Notes: a model not told the origin generated them from the letters alone. Shown: positions 53,255 to 63,918, counted from the stretch's first letter. The stretch: DNA of 64,000 bases from Candidatus Neomarinimicrobium atlanticum (GCA_000402815.1 AQSA01000008.1:1592-65591); one strand, 5' to 3'. Translations and numbers: made by a program.

Positions 53255-55172
53255 TTATTTCATCTAAAATTTCTGCAGAGAAATCTTTCAATGAAATAGT
53301 TTGTTGTTGTTTAATAAATCTTCTTCTTATGGTAAGAGTACTGTTTTCTACTTCTTTTTCTCCAACAATTACCATGATATTTACTTTTTGCATCTCTGCA
53401 TCTCTAATTTTTGAACCAATTTTTTCTGAGCGACTATCAACATCAGCTCTAACTCCGCTTGTTTTTAATGACTCACATACGGTATGTGCATAGTCATTGT
53501 ACTTATCAGATACGGGAAGGATAGTTACTTGTCTAGGCGCAATCCATAATGGAAAATTTCCACCAAAATGCTCGATAAGGAATCCAATAAATCTTTCATG
53601 CGTTCCTAGTGGAGCTCTATGTATACATAATGGAGTTTTTGACTTACCGTCTAAATCTTTATATGTAAGCTTAAAACGCTCAGGAACCGCAAAATCTACT
53701 TGATTAGTGGCTAGACTGAACTCTTTACCTATTGCACTCCAAACTTGAACATCAATCTTTGGACCATAAAATGCGGCATCGCCTACAGATTCAGTAAACT
53801 TTAATCCAGCATCCTTCAAAGCATCTCTTACATCGTCCTCTGTCTTTTTCCAAAGTTTTGGATTATTAATGTACTTTTTTCCTAAATCTTTAGGGTCGTG
53901 TAGACTTAATCTCATTTCATATTTTTCTATACCAAATATTTTAAAATATTCCATATACAAGTTGCACACCGCAATGAACTCTTCTTTAAATTGATCTTCA
54001 GTACAATAGATGTGAGCGTCATTCATTTGCATACTTCTCACACGCATTAAACCAAATAACTCCCCCGATTTTTCATATCGATAACAAGTTCCATACTCTG
54101 AAAGACGATATGGTAAATCACGATAACTTTTAGGACTATTTGCATATATTTTATGATGATGAGGACAGTTCATTGGTTTCATATAGTAATCCGTACCATC
54201 TACATCCATAGCTGGATACATGCTTGACATATAATGATCTAAGTGTCCAGATTTTTCATATAGAGTTCCTTTAGTAAGATGTGGCGTTCTAACTCTTTTG
54301 TAACCACCTAAATCTTCTTTTTCTTTTGCAAGAGCTTCTAATTGATCAATGATAACTGCACCATTTGGGGTCCATAAAGGCAAGCCAGGACCTACTTCTT
54401 CATCATGAAAATATAAATCTAATTCTTTTCCAATTTTACGATGGTCTCTTTTCTTTTGTTCTTCTAGCATAAGTAAGTATTTTTTTAAATCTTTTGCGCT
54501 AGTAAAAGATGTGCCATATACGCGCTGTAATGTTTGATTATTTTCATCCCCTCTCCAGTAAGCCGCAGAAGATGACAATAGTTTAAAATGCTGCATCATG
54601 CCAGTAGATTGGACATGAGGACCTCTGCATAAATCAGTGAAATCTCCCTGAGAATACACTTTCAAAATTTCAGAATCATCTAGGTCATTAATAATTTCTA
54701 TTTTATAATGTTCTCCAATATTCTTAAAAAAACTTAATGCTTCTTCTCTAGTCTTTTCTTCGTGAATAATATCAATGTTTTCATTAGATATTTTTAACAT
54801 CTCTTCTTCAATCTTTAGTAAGTCTTCTTCGGTGAAAGGAGTTTCTACGTAAAAATCATAGTAGAATCTATTTTCTAAAAAAGGTCCAATAGTTACCTTT
54901 GTTTTAGGATAGAGTCTTTTCACTGCTTGAGCCATTAAGTGAGCGGTACTGTGTAACAATACATTGTGTCCATCCTTGCTTTTACCATCAAGAAATTGAA
55001 CTGTACAGTCACTGTTTAATTGTACGCTTAAGTCCGTAAGAACTTTATCTACTTTGCAGATTATTGTTTCTTTTGATACGCCTTTAGCAGAAGAAAGTAT
55101 TTGTAGCGGTGTTGTTCCGCTTGGATAAGTTTCTGTACCTAGACCAACAATGTTAATAGAGATATTTGTCAC
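53232..55172 (-). CDS. thrS: Threonyl-tRNA synthetase
   Basis: TGS N-terminus, editing-domain 'HSTAHLMAQAV', class II core 'YRYEKSGELFGLMRVRSMQMNDAHI', C-terminal anticodon-binding domain. Confidence 0.95.
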   Translation of the reverse strand: MTNISINIVGLGTETYPSGTTPLQILSSAKGVSKETIICKVDKVLTDLSVQLNSDCTVQFLDGKSKDGHNVLLHSTAHLMAQAVKRLYPKTKVTIGPFLENRFYYDFYVETPFTEEDLLKIEEEMLKISNENIDIIHEEKTREEALSFFKNIGEHYKIEIINDLDDSEILKVYSQGDFTDLCRGPHVQSTGMMQHFKLLSSSAAYWRGDENNQTLQRVYGTSFTSAKDLKKYLLMLEEQKKRDHRKIGKELDLYFHDEEVGPGLPLWTPNGAVIIDQLEALAKEKEDLGGYKRVRTPHLTKGTLYEKSGHLDHYMSSMYPAMDVDGTDYYMKPMNCPHHHKIYANSPKSYRDLPYRLSEYGTCYRYEKSGELFGLMRVRSMQMNDAHIYCTEDQFKEEFIAVCNLYMEYFKIFGIEKYEMRLSLHDPKDLGKKYINNPKLWKKTEDDVRDALKDAGLKFTESVGDAAFYGPKIDVQVWSAIGKEFSLATNQVDFAVPERFKLTYKDLDGKSKTPLCIHRAPLGTHERFIGFLIEHFGGNFPLWIAPRQVTILPVSDKYNDYAHTVCESLKTSGVRADVDSRSEKIGSKIRDAEMQKVNIMVIVGEKEVENSTLTIRRRFIKQQQTISLKDFSAEILDEINDRRVPN

Positions 55173-55840
55173 TGAATATTGCTATCTATCATGAACACTG
55201 CCATTGAAAATAAACCAATCATACTAAATACGCCCATACGATGACGTCTAACTAATAATTTTTCATCTTCCGTCAAATCTTCTCCATTTAAATCTGAAGC
55301 AAGATTTTGTTCCTGTTTTGAATCATAATATTGTGCATAAAACTGATCTAACCAATTCATTCCTTGCTCACAATCTAAATCATCGCTTGAGCAATGCGTT
55401 AAAAATATAGATGAGTCAGTCCCTGGTATTGGACGGACCAATTTTGTTGCGAGTTCCATTCTTGATAATTCATCCTGAAGCAATTCAAACTCTTCAACAT
55501 CTCTATAATCAAAATCAAAATTTTGAAGGTCTATTGTTATTGCCTGATACTCAGCTTGAGAATATAAACTTATTACGTAGCGTTGATTGTCTGTAGGTAA
55601 AGCGATTTGTGCTGGAAAAATTCTTTCTGAAGATGCCCAAGGTAAATTCCATACATATACATCTGCAACGGCTATATTAGAATAAATGTTCACTAAGGAT
55701 TCAGATTTAAGCATAGCCCTACTTCTCTCTGAATAATTATCACTACCAGGAGTGTGAGAGTCTGGCTCAATTTCAACATTTTGACCAATAAGTAGCTGCA
55801 TGCCAAGAAATATGGTAAAAAAAGTTTTCAATGTTTTCAT
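55169..55840 (-). CDS. Hypothetical exported protein with C-terminal hydrophobic anchor
   Basis: Signal peptide 'MKTLKTFFTIFLGMQLLIG'; C-terminal 'MGVFSMIGLFSMAVFMI'. Its stop overlaps the thrS start by 4 nt. Confidence 0.4.
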   Translation of the reverse strand: MKTLKTFFTIFLGMQLLIGQNVEIEPDSHTPGSDNYSERSRAMLKSESLVNIYSNIAVADVYVWNLPWASSERIFPAQIALPTDNQRYVISLYSQAEYQAITIDLQNFDFDYRDVEEFELLQDELSRMELATKLVRPIPGTDSSIFLTHCSSDDLDCEQGMNWLDQFYAQYYDSKQEQNLASDLNGEDLTEDEKLLVRRHRMGVFSMIGLFSMAVFMIDSNIQ

Positions 55841-55898
55841 CGAAGAAAATTTAATATAGAATAGTTCAAAAAGGTATGATTTATTATAGTATACTTTA

Positions 55899-56369
55899 TC
55901 ACCTAAAGGACATTACTTCTTGTTCGTAAGCAAAGCAACTTAACCAGATATCAAAATACTCTTCAGCTCTCGATCTTCCATATTCTGCTATAAGGATATC
56001 TAAAATGTCATAATTCTTATCTTGAAGGTATGGATTAGCTACATAAACGAAAGTATATGTACCATCTTCATTCTCTCCTTCTGGTGTTAAAAATTGCAAA
56101 CTATTATATACATCTATATCGTTTCGTTTAAAGGCTGGAAAAATAATTGTTTTGTTCATCATTTCGAATTGACCCATCTTTGCGGGCAAGATATGATTAA
56201 TAGCCATCATCGTTGAGGCATCCGATGCATATATGCTCATATCAGATTTACTGACTTTATCAGGCTTATTATTAATACGCTCCGATAGCTTCTCTCCAAC
56301 TGAAAGGGATACACAGCCATTCATAAATAATAATGCTGCTGCTAGTATAATTCTATTTACTTTTATCAT
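55899..56369 (-). CDS. Hypothetical lipoprotein
   Basis: I prefer the ATG at 56369: 'MIKVNRIILAAALLFMNGC' (lipobox). The ORF-track extension to 56399 reads through a duplicated signal-peptide remnant (see findings). Confidence 0.4.
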   Translation of the reverse strand: MIKVNRIILAAALLFMNGCVSLSVGEKLSERINNKPDKVSKSDMSIYASDASTMMAINHILPAKMGQFEMMNKTIIFPAFKRNDIDVYNSLQFLTPEGENEDGTYTFVYVANPYLQDKNYDILDILIAEYGRSRAEEYFDIWLSCFAYEQEVMSFR

Positions 56370-56449
56370 CCTAAAATAATGAAAGGGATACACACCCATT
56401 AATAACTAGTGAAAGTAATATTAAAATAATCTTCTTCATGTTTAATCTC

Positions 56450-58675
56450 CTAAAATAAGTATTGAAATTTAATAAATAATTGTCTTTTGCTTTCAGTTAA
56501 ACTTGAAAACATACTATCTTCCGTTTCTAACAAATCATTGACTCCAAAATATAGGGCACTAAAAGCATTTGGCTGATAGGTTATCATTGGCTCAATAAAC
56601 CAAGAATTAGAAAAGTCATTGTATTGAATTTTTGTTCTCATAGTTAACTTTGAATTAAATGAATTATTTATACCAGCTCTTAGTAAAATTCCATCATAAT
56701 TGTCCTCAGCCTTTTCATATGAAATACCGATACTAAAATTAGATTTATCTGATATTTTGTATTCAACATAACTTTTAACCTGATAAAAATTTGAATTTTT
56801 AGGTAAATCTATATTTCTAATAATAATTTCCCTGGATTGCAATTCACTATAGTGCATAAGCTTTGCATTGATTTGGTTTCGATAACCAACCTCAAACTCA
56901 TAAAGATTATCAAATTGATATCCTCTAAAATTTTCTTTTTCAAACTCTGCGCTAACTTTAAAAGAATCTCCATTTCTTAAATCTGAACCAGTTGCGAATG
57001 ATAATTCTTGTTTTTTAATAAGCCCTGAGTAATTCGTTTTATAAATAGCTGAAATGTCATAATCTGTTTTAAGTAAAATGGGATTAGTGTCATAATAAAC
57101 GGTTTTTCCACGACTAGCTTTTAACCATTTAGTAGCATTGTTTGTTTCAAAACCATTACTTGTTCTAAAGCCTGGAGAGCGCAACCTGAGAACAACCCCA
57201 AAATTATCAGTTCTTGTTCTTTTATTAACACTTAAGCCAAGTGCATTCCCAGTAACTTTTTCTCCATCAAAATTCTTAGTATATCTTCCACTGTCAAATG
57301 TCATATCACTATCATCTGTAGTAGGCTCATATGTATATTCAAAATTATCAGATTCATTATGAATTGATGCTGTTGCATGTAAAGTTATATGGTAATTATT
57401 TCCAGGATGATAATGAACGTCTAAACCTCCTGTTGTCATATCTCCAGCATCATCAAAAACTCTATTGGTCAAAATAGCACCTATCGATCCGCCATTACCA
57501 CCAATCATTCTTTTGGCTCGAATAATATTCGAAGTACTTTTTCCCATTGATACTACTGTGCTAGTTTCTTCAAAAGGCACTAATAGCAAGGATGATTCAT
57601 CGCGAGCACTAATAACGCCGTATGACGTTTTGCCAATTTTTCCAGTGTATTTTGCTGCAATAGATGGATCATTAATGGTTCTTGAATAAAATAGGTTTAT
57701 AAAACCTCGTTGTGGTGAAAATTTAAATAGCTCTGCACCTTGACTGAAGAAAGGTCTTTTTTCATCAAAATACAGTGCGTTAACCGAATTGACATCATTT
57801 TTTATATCATCTGACTCTATTTGACTAAAATCAGGATTTAATGCAATTTCAAGTAAATCGACAGAAGAAATAGGATACTTCATAAATAATGATACTTCAT
57901 CAGATGAAGATGAGGTATTAGTTGTAAAATCATCAGAAACTCCCGCAACAACAGATGGAATGTATTCAATATCTCCTCTAGCTTGTTTTGGTGGTTCTAT
58001 ATTTTCAAGAAAGCCTAATTGACAGGTCTGACATGCTATGCCACCCAATCTAGAAGTCCAGTATACATACCTTGTTAATTCATCAGATAATGTAAAACCT
58101 CTTCCAAAATCAATTCTCCAGGTCTGGACATCAGCTACAGAATACCTTAAGCTAGAAAATGGAATAACCATTTCAACCTCATACCTATTATCAAAAATTT
58201 GAACCTTAGTATCGTAAACAAGGTCTAATGATTGATCAAATCCATAAGTTGCTCTACCATCTATTTGAGCTCCGCCAGCGCTAACACCAATACCGTAAGT
58301 CAATGATTCATCGTCAAAGGCATCTATATTAATCCAAACTCTATCATCTTTATCATCAAGATTATCTCTTTTAGTAATACTGTAGCGCAACTCATCTTTG
58401 TCGACAAAAGCTTTAAATGATATATAGAGATTGGTATTATCATACATCAATCTAGCTTCGGTTTTTAATAAAGCTTCTTCGCCTTGAAATGTGCCTGAGC
58501 CAATAAAATTAGTTGCTACCTGAGCATTGCTCCACTCCATCAAATCAACTTTTCCATCAAAAGTAATAGATGAACTCATCTTAAAGGGTTTATATACCGG
58601 TCTTTCGGAAAGATCTTTAAAAGATTGACTAAATAAAGTTGTCAGTAAGAAGCAAATAATAAATTGTTTTTTCAT
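56450..58675 (-). CDS. CBM9-like / DUF5916-type outer-membrane protein
   Basis: Signal peptide; N-terminal 'ITFDGKVDLMEWSNAQVATNFI..LMYDNTNLYISFKA..RD..D..D.V.INIDAFDD' resembles CBM9/DOMON-like domains. Long beta-rich C-terminus ending 'KFQYLF'. Confidence 0.6.
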   Translation of the reverse strand: MKKQFIICFLLTTLFSQSFKDLSERPVYKPFKMSSSITFDGKVDLMEWSNAQVATNFIGSGTFQGEEALLKTEARLMYDNTNLYISFKAFVDKDELRYSITKRDNLDDKDDRVWINIDAFDDESLTYGIGVSAGGAQIDGRATYGFDQSLDLVYDTKVQIFDNRYEVEMVIPFSSLRYSVADVQTWRIDFGRGFTLSDELTRYVYWTSRLGGIACQTCQLGFLENIEPPKQARGDIEYIPSVVAGVSDDFTTNTSSSSDEVSLFMKYPISSVDLLEIALNPDFSQIESDDIKNDVNSVNALYFDEKRPFFSQGAELFKFSPQRGFINLFYSRTINDPSIAAKYTGKIGKTSYGVISARDESSLLLVPFEETSTVVSMGKSTSNIIRAKRMIGGNGGSIGAILTNRVFDDAGDMTTGGLDVHYHPGNNYHITLHATASIHNESDNFEYTYEPTTDDSDMTFDSGRYTKNFDGEKVTGNALGLSVNKRTRTDNFGVVLRLRSPGFRTSNGFETNNATKWLKASRGKTVYYDTNPILLKTDYDISAIYKTNYSGLIKKQELSFATGSDLRNGDSFKVSAEFEKENFRGYQFDNLYEFEVGYRNQINAKLMHYSELQSREIIIRNIDLPKNSNFYQVKSYVEYKISDKSNFSIGISYEKAEDNYDGILLRAGINNSFNSKLTMRTKIQYNDFSNSWFIEPMITYQPNAFSALYFGVNDLLETEDSMFSSLTESKRQLFIKFQYLF

Positions 58676-58770
58676 AATAATGCCTACAATAATAGTGAAA
58701 ATATTACTAATACAGAACTACTATTTAGACATTTATTTTAGATAAAAGTTGCATAGAAATAGATACAACT

Positions 58771-59691
58771 TTAAAGATGAAATTTTTGATTTCTCCTAGC
58801 AATATTGAAACCGTTATTTTTTATCGTTTTAGTAGCAGTTGAATAACTATCTAATGCTGGGTTTGTATGATTTAAATGAATAAAATGCACGCTAGATTTG
58901 CTATCAACATCGCTTAATACTTCCATAGATTCGACAATAAATGGATGAGGAATTTTTGACATATCTCTTCCCGGTAATTCATTGATATCAAAAAACGTTC
59001 CGTCCAATAAACTATAATCATTTTCCTCTACTACTTCTTTAATATTTTTAGTCCATTTTTCCCATTTATCTATATCAGGTATAAAAATTAATGATTTATT
59101 TGGACCTTCAATTTTATAACCAACCGTTTCAGAGAATTCATCACGGTGAGGAACAAGAAATGGTGTAATACTTAGATTGCTATTTAGTTTTACTGTAGTA
59201 TTATTTTTAAGACTTTTAATATCTATATTATTTAAATCAACAAGCTGACTCCAAGGGCCGTTATTGCTTAAAAAATTTTCCATTTTTGGCATCGCATATA
59301 CTGGAATCTCTTTTGCACCCATAACTTCTCGCCCTAAATGAATTAAACCTGTATAGTGACCAATGTGAGCATGGGTTAAGAAAACGCCCTTAAATACCCC
59401 TTTTTGCTCCATTGTTAATGTATTTAATTGTAAAGAGAAGTCTGGCGTAGCATCAATCATCCAAATCTCATTCGTTAAAGGATCAACAATACCGATACTT
59501 GATACTTGATTGTGGAGTTTTGGATTATCCCATTTGTTAATACAACATTCTTTTGTACAGGCAGCATGAGGGGCACCGCCGTCTTGAGCTATGCCCAATA
59601 TAACGATATAAGGATTATTATTTCTAGGTAAAGTCCAACCGATAAGAAAAATCGATAAAACTATAAAAGATAGAAAAAACCTGTTGAACAA
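58771..59691 (-). CDS. MBL-fold metallo-hydrolase (PqqB-like), exported
   Basis: 'GVFLTHAHIGHYTGL' metal-binding block; N-terminal signal anchor. Confidence 0.65.
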   Translation of the reverse strand: MFNRFFLSFIVLSIFLIGWTLPRNNNPYIVILGIAQDGGAPHAACTKECCINKWDNPKLHNQVSSIGIVDPLTNEIWMIDATPDFSLQLNTLTMEQKGVFKGVFLTHAHIGHYTGLIHLGREVMGAKEIPVYAMPKMENFLSNNGPWSQLVDLNNIDIKSLKNNTTVKLNSNLSITPFLVPHRDEFSETVGYKIEGPNKSLIFIPDIDKWEKWTKNIKEVVEENDYSLLDGTFFDINELPGRDMSKIPHPFIVESMEVLSDVDSKSSVHFIHLNHTNPALDSYSTATKTIKNNGFNIARRNQKFHL

Positions 59692-59698
59692 AAGACGA

Positions 59699-61570
59699 CT
59701 ATCCGCCTAAATGATCGATATCATCAGATGATTTTGTTAGCGCTTTTTTAGCATCATACATATCATCAATCTCATCTTTATGTTTTGTTGTAACCACTTT
59801 ACGCTTAATTGACATCTTTGGTGTTAATTCACCTGCATCAACTGTCCATTCCTCATGAATAAGAACAAACTTACGAATAGATTCATATCTAGAGAAATTG
59901 GTCATTACTTCTTTAACGATAACATCAATCATATCATAAGCATCGGGATGTGCACATAGGCTTTTATAGTCTAAAGATGCCAACCCTTTACTCTCTGCCC
60001 AAGCCATTAAGTTTTCTTTGTTTGGAACAATAAGAGCAGTAATAAAGTTTCTATCATCACCTACAACATTACATTGTTCAATGTATTTACTGGATGTAAG
60101 TGACACTTCCATAGGTTGGGGTGCAACATTTTTACCTCCAGATGTAACAATTAAGCTTTTCTTTCTATCAGTAATACGTAAAAGACCATCTTCATCAAAT
60201 TTACCAATATCTCCAGAATGGAACCAACCATCTACAATTGCCTCATTGGTTGCTTCTTCATTCTTATAGTATCCTTGCATTACACAATGCCCCTTACATA
60301 AAATCTCTCCGTCTTCAGCAATTTTCACTTCAACACCAGGAATAGCTTTACCTACTGTACCAAACTTAAAGAAGTCAGGATGACCAATAGTCATCACTGG
60401 ACTGGTTTCGGTTAAACCATAGCCCTCAATGATTGAAATTCCAATACCACAGAAAAAAGATCCAACCTCTTTTGATAGTGCAGAACCACCCGACGAACAA
60501 GCTCTAACCTTTCCGCCTAATGCTGCTCTAAATTTATTTAATACCAATTTATCAGCAATATTATATTTTAACCCTAACATAAATGGAAGTTTTTTACTTG
60601 CTTGACGATATGGGACTGTCTGCATTCCAACAGCAATAGACCACTCAGCTAGCGATTTTTTCACTCCAGTCATTTCAGAAACAGTATCCATTATTTTTGC
60701 ATGTATTTTTTCAAATATTCTTGGAACAGCTGTTAAAAAAGTTGGCTGAACTTCTCTTATATTTTCAAATAATATTTCAGGAGTAAAATTCATTTCAGCG
60801 TAGTATATAGAAGTTCCTTGACTAAAAATTGAATAATGACCACCTACTCTTTCAAAACTGTGACTTATTGGTAAGAATGAAACAAATCTTTCTATACCAT
60901 CTTCTGGCTTTAATTCAGGATTTAGTTCCATTGCTGCTTTAATAATACCATCTATTGAAAGAAGATTATTACAAATATTAGCATGACTTAGCATAACACC
61001 CTTAGGATTTCCTGTCGTACCACTAGTATAAATAAGAGTTAATAAATCATTTTCAACAACTGTTTTTGAGAGCTCACGAATATCGTGAACTTCGTCTTTC
61101 ATGTTAAAAACTTCAGAAAACTTAACCACGTTCTCTTTATCACTATCATAACTATCGTCCATAATTATAATAGTTTTTAAATTTGAATTTGCATCATTTA
61201 TTAAAGGATAAACCTTATCGAGTTGAATACCGTCTTGTACAATAGCAACCGCACTCTCAGAATGATCTACCACATATCGGGACTGAGCAGGAATAAGTGT
61301 TGGATAAACTGGTACAGAAACAGCTCTGATATGTGCAATTGCGTAATCTGAAATTGCCCATTGACGAGAATTTGCACCTATAATTGCTACTTTATCATGT
61401 TCATTAACACCTAAATTTTTTAATCCATTTGCAAAATCTTCAACTAATTTTTGAAGGTCTATCAACTCTACACCATTCCATCCATTTGAATCTTTTGTAA
61501 AAAAGGTTTTTTGATTTGGTCTTTCTTCAACTAAATGTTGAAACATTTGTGGTACGGTTTTAAATGACAC
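59699..61570 (-). CDS. Long-chain-fatty-acid--CoA ligase (AMP-dependent synthetase/ligase)
   Basis: AMP-binding 'LIYTSGTTGNPKGVMLSH', 'EGYGLTETS', 'GWFHSGDIG', 'DRKKSLIVTSGGKNVAP'. Confidence 0.85.
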   Translation of the reverse strand: MSFKTVPQMFQHLVEERPNQKTFFTKDSNGWNGVELIDLQKLVEDFANGLKNLGVNEHDKVAIIGANSRQWAISDYAIAHIRAVSVPVYPTLIPAQSRYVVDHSESAVAIVQDGIQLDKVYPLINDANSNLKTIIIMDDSYDSDKENVVKFSEVFNMKDEVHDIRELSKTVVENDLLTLIYTSGTTGNPKGVMLSHANICNNLLSIDGIIKAAMELNPELKPEDGIERFVSFLPISHSFERVGGHYSIFSQGTSIYYAEMNFTPEILFENIREVQPTFLTAVPRIFEKIHAKIMDTVSEMTGVKKSLAEWSIAVGMQTVPYRQASKKLPFMLGLKYNIADKLVLNKFRAALGGKVRACSSGGSALSKEVGSFFCGIGISIIEGYGLTETSPVMTIGHPDFFKFGTVGKAIPGVEVKIAEDGEILCKGHCVMQGYYKNEEATNEAIVDGWFHSGDIGKFDEDGLLRITDRKKSLIVTSGGKNVAPQPMEVSLTSSKYIEQCNVVGDDRNFITALIVPNKENLMAWAESKGLASLDYKSLCAHPDAYDMIDVIVKEVMTNFSRYESIRKFVLIHEEWTVDAGELTPKMSIKRKVVTTKHKDEIDDMYDAKKALTKSSDDIDHLGG

Positions 61571-61599
61571 TTTTTTCTCCTTGGTTAAATACTATACTA

Positions 61600-61627
61600 T
61601 TGACAAGCTACATAATTTACGTGAAAT
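61600..61627 (+). promoter_or_regulatory. Putative promoter for tRNA-Leu (-35 TTGACA, 16-nt spacer, -10 TGAAAT)
   Basis: Hexamers read at 61600-61605 and 61622-61627, 15 nt upstream of the tRNA 5' end. Confidence 0.3.
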
Positions 61628-61641
61628 TTGTCAACATTTTT

Positions 61642-61725
61642 GCCGGGGTGGCGGAATTGGTAGACGCGCCGGATTCAAAATCCGGTGAGGATTTCCTCAT
61701 GTCGGTTCGAGCCCGACCCTCGGTA
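61642..61725 (+). tRNA. tRNA-Leu (anticodon CAA), type II with long variable arm; CCA not encoded
   Basis: Manual cloverleaf: acceptor 'gccgggg/cctcggt' (two G-U pairs), anticodon stem 'ccgga/tccgg' with loop 'ttCAAaa', variable arm 'tgaggatttcctca', T arm 'gtcgg-ttcgagc-ccgac', discriminator A. Confidence 0.9.
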
Positions 61726-61758
61726 CAAAAAAAGGGCTTATAAAAAGCCCTTTTTTTA
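61726..61758. terminator. Bidirectional rho-independent terminator (tRNA-Leu / convergent minus-strand gene)
   Basis: Perfect 9-bp stem 'aaagggctt/aagcccttt' with a 5-nt loop, flanked by an A-run upstream and a T-run downstream. Confidence 0.75.
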
Positions 61759-61777
61759 ATACTCGCTAAACTAAACG

Positions 61778-62266
61778 TTATTTCTTTTCACCTTCTTCTT
61801 CTGGAGGAAATACTGAATCGTTTAATTTCTTTAACTGCTTCTTAATGTCAGAAAGATCTCTTCTTGTTCTACGTTTTTCAGAATCAAAATTATCTTCTAA
61901 TCCTTCTAGGTCACGCTGAACATTTTTAATCTTTTTACTTAAGTCACGATCAACTCTTTTAATTTCATATGCTAGATCATCAATCAAGCTACCAAGAGAA
62001 TCAGCTTTAGTATAAATTAATTTTGTGTTAGCAGTAATACGATCTTGGCCTCTTTTGATTTCTTTACCTTGACCAATATTTTCAAGCTCAACAGCCTTGA
62101 CTCGTTGTTTGAATTCTTGATTAACCATATCTACATGCTCAACTTGCTCTTGTCTCAATTGAGCCATTTCATCCATTGCGGAGTTATATTGTAATAATGA
62201 AAAACCTACTGCAAAAGTAAGAGCTAAAGCGACAACGCTAAGAATTTTTTCTGTACTTGTTAACAT
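61778..62266 (-). CDS. Hypothetical membrane-anchored coiled-coil protein
   Basis: N-terminal TM helix 'ILSVVALALTFAVGFSLL', followed by a charged heptad-like sequence. Confidence 0.45.
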   Translation of the reverse strand: MLTSTEKILSVVALALTFAVGFSLLQYNSAMDEMAQLRQEQVEHVDMVNQEFKQRVKAVELENIGQGKEIKRGQDRITANTKLIYTKADSLGSLIDDLAYEIKRVDRDLSKKIKNVQRDLEGLEDNFDSEKRRTRRDLSDIKKQLKKLNDSVFPPEEEGEKK

Positions 62267-62341
62267 TTATAATACCTCAGTTGTTTTTTTTAAGTCCACC
62301 GAAACTAATCAATGAAAACCCAATATGAAAACTTTTTTTTT

Positions 62342-63340
62342 CTAATTGGGAATTTTTCCAATACGTGAAATTCTTGGAGTATAACTATCAAGATTAATTG
62401 AGAACCACGTAATAACTGGCTGACCTAATATGTGACTTTCTGGAACAAAACCCCAATATCTAGAGTCTTCACTGTTATCTCTATTATCTCCCATCATCCA
62501 AAAATAATCTTGTTTAACTTCATAGGAGTCTATATCCATAATTGATTCACCGTTTACATAAAGGTGCTTGATATATTCTTTTCTAAACATTGGAGACCAA
62601 GGATTAATAAAAGTTGCTCCCTCTGTAGGAACATAGTCCTTAAATACTGATCTATCACCCGTTCTTCTAAATACATCTCTCGGACTTTGATTTGTAAAAG
62701 TAAATTTTGTTTCTTTATAAACTAACTCTACCTTATTTCCTTCATAGATAAGAATTGGTATTACTAATTGCCAATCCATCGACTCGTCTAAAAGAAAAAT
62801 ATCTCCTTTTTTAGGAACGGTAATTTGCGGATATTGATCTTTATTAGCACTAAAACCTGGATTATCTCCTTTAGCACCAAGAAATATTTCTGTATCTATA
62901 AGATCTTTTTTCGAATATTCATCAGATAAAAATTGACCTCCATCAGGAAGTTCGCTGACTATTCCATTAACATATACTATCCTATTTTCAATACTTATAG
63001 TATCTCCAGGCAGTCCAATACATCTTTTTACATATTTATAAACTATGTCTCTTGGATACTCGAAAACAACTACATCACCTCTTTCAACTTTCTTAAATGC
63101 GGGGAATTTATATTCTGGCAGAAAAGTTGGAATACTAATTGCTGAGAATGGTAACCAAATTTTTTGTGGCATTTTCATCCCATAGGAAAAACGACTACCA
63201 ACTAACATGTCTCCTTTTAATATATTCTTCTCCATACTAGTCGTAGGAACAATATATAACTCAACTACAGTCTCCTTAAGAAATAGCACAATTAGAATTA
63301 ATACTACCAGTGATTTAATTTCTGATACAATCTTATTCAT
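62342..63340 (-). CDS. lepB: Signal peptidase I
   Basis: 'VPTTSMEKNILKGDMLV' (catalytic Ser box), 'RGDVVVFEYP', 'YVKRCIGLPGD' (Lys box), 'GDNRDNSEDSRYWGFVP'. Confidence 0.9.
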   Translation of the reverse strand: MNKIVSEIKSLVVLILIVLFLKETVVELYIVPTTSMEKNILKGDMLVGSRFSYGMKMPQKIWLPFSAISIPTFLPEYKFPAFKKVERGDVVVFEYPRDIVYKYVKRCIGLPGDTISIENRIVYVNGIVSELPDGGQFLSDEYSKKDLIDTEIFLGAKGDNPGFSANKDQYPQITVPKKGDIFLLDESMDWQLVIPILIYEGNKVELVYKETKFTFTNQSPRDVFRRTGDRSVFKDYVPTEGATFINPWSPMFRKEYIKHLYVNGESIMDIDSYEVKQDYFWMMGDNRDNSEDSRYWGFVPESHILGQPVITWFSINLDSYTPRISRIGKIPN

Positions 63341-63918
63341 TTATTTATCATACTAGATATAGGTTTAAATGTTTCCCTGTGAATTGATATATAAGAATGT
63401 TCTTTGAGTGCATCATAATGCTGCTTAGTTCCATATCCTTTGTTTTTATCAAATCCGTACATAGGATAAATATAGTGAAACGAACGCATAATTTCATCTC
63501 TAGTAACTTTTGCAATAATAGATGCTGCCATAATTGATCTTATTTTTTGATCTCCTTTTATAATACCCTCGTTTTGAATCTTAATATCCAAAGGAAAACC
63601 ATCAACCATCACTTTCTTTGGCTGAGGTTTTAAGCTGTAAATTGCTTCTATCATAGCATGTTCTGAGGCTACTTTAATATTTACTTCATCAATATAGTCA
63701 TTCCATTTTATACCAACTGCGACAGCTATTGCGCTATCATTAATGACTTTAAAGAGTCTATTGCGCTTCCTTTCTGTCAATTTCTTAGAATCATTTAAGC
63801 CTTCTATATCATTATCTAATATAACAGCTGCTGCTACCACTGGCCCAGCCAATGCACCTCTACCTACTTCATCTACTCCTGCAATTAACATGAAAAGTAA
63901 ATTAATAATAAAATTCAT
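63337..63918 (-). CDS. rnhB: Ribonuclease HII
   Basis: 'IAGVDEVGRGALAGPVVAAAV', 'DSKKL', 'SIMAASIIAKVTRD', 'GYGT..H'. Confidence 0.9.
   Translation of the reverse strand: MNFIINLLFMLIAGVDEVGRGALAGPVVAAAVILDNDIEGLNDSKKLTERKRNRLFKVINDSAIAVAVGIKWNDYIDEVNIKVASEHAMIEAIYSLKPQPKKVMVDGFPLDIKIQNEGIIKGDQKIRSIMAASIIAKVTRDEIMRSFHYIYPMYGFDKNKGYGTKQHYDALKEHSYISIHRETFKPISSMINK

Noticed and set aside
61642-61725. tRNA-Leu as an integration hotspot for a mobile element
   Set aside because: The flanking genes are ordinary core genes (acyl-CoA ligase, coiled-coil protein, lepB). There is no integrase and no duplicated tRNA 3' end.
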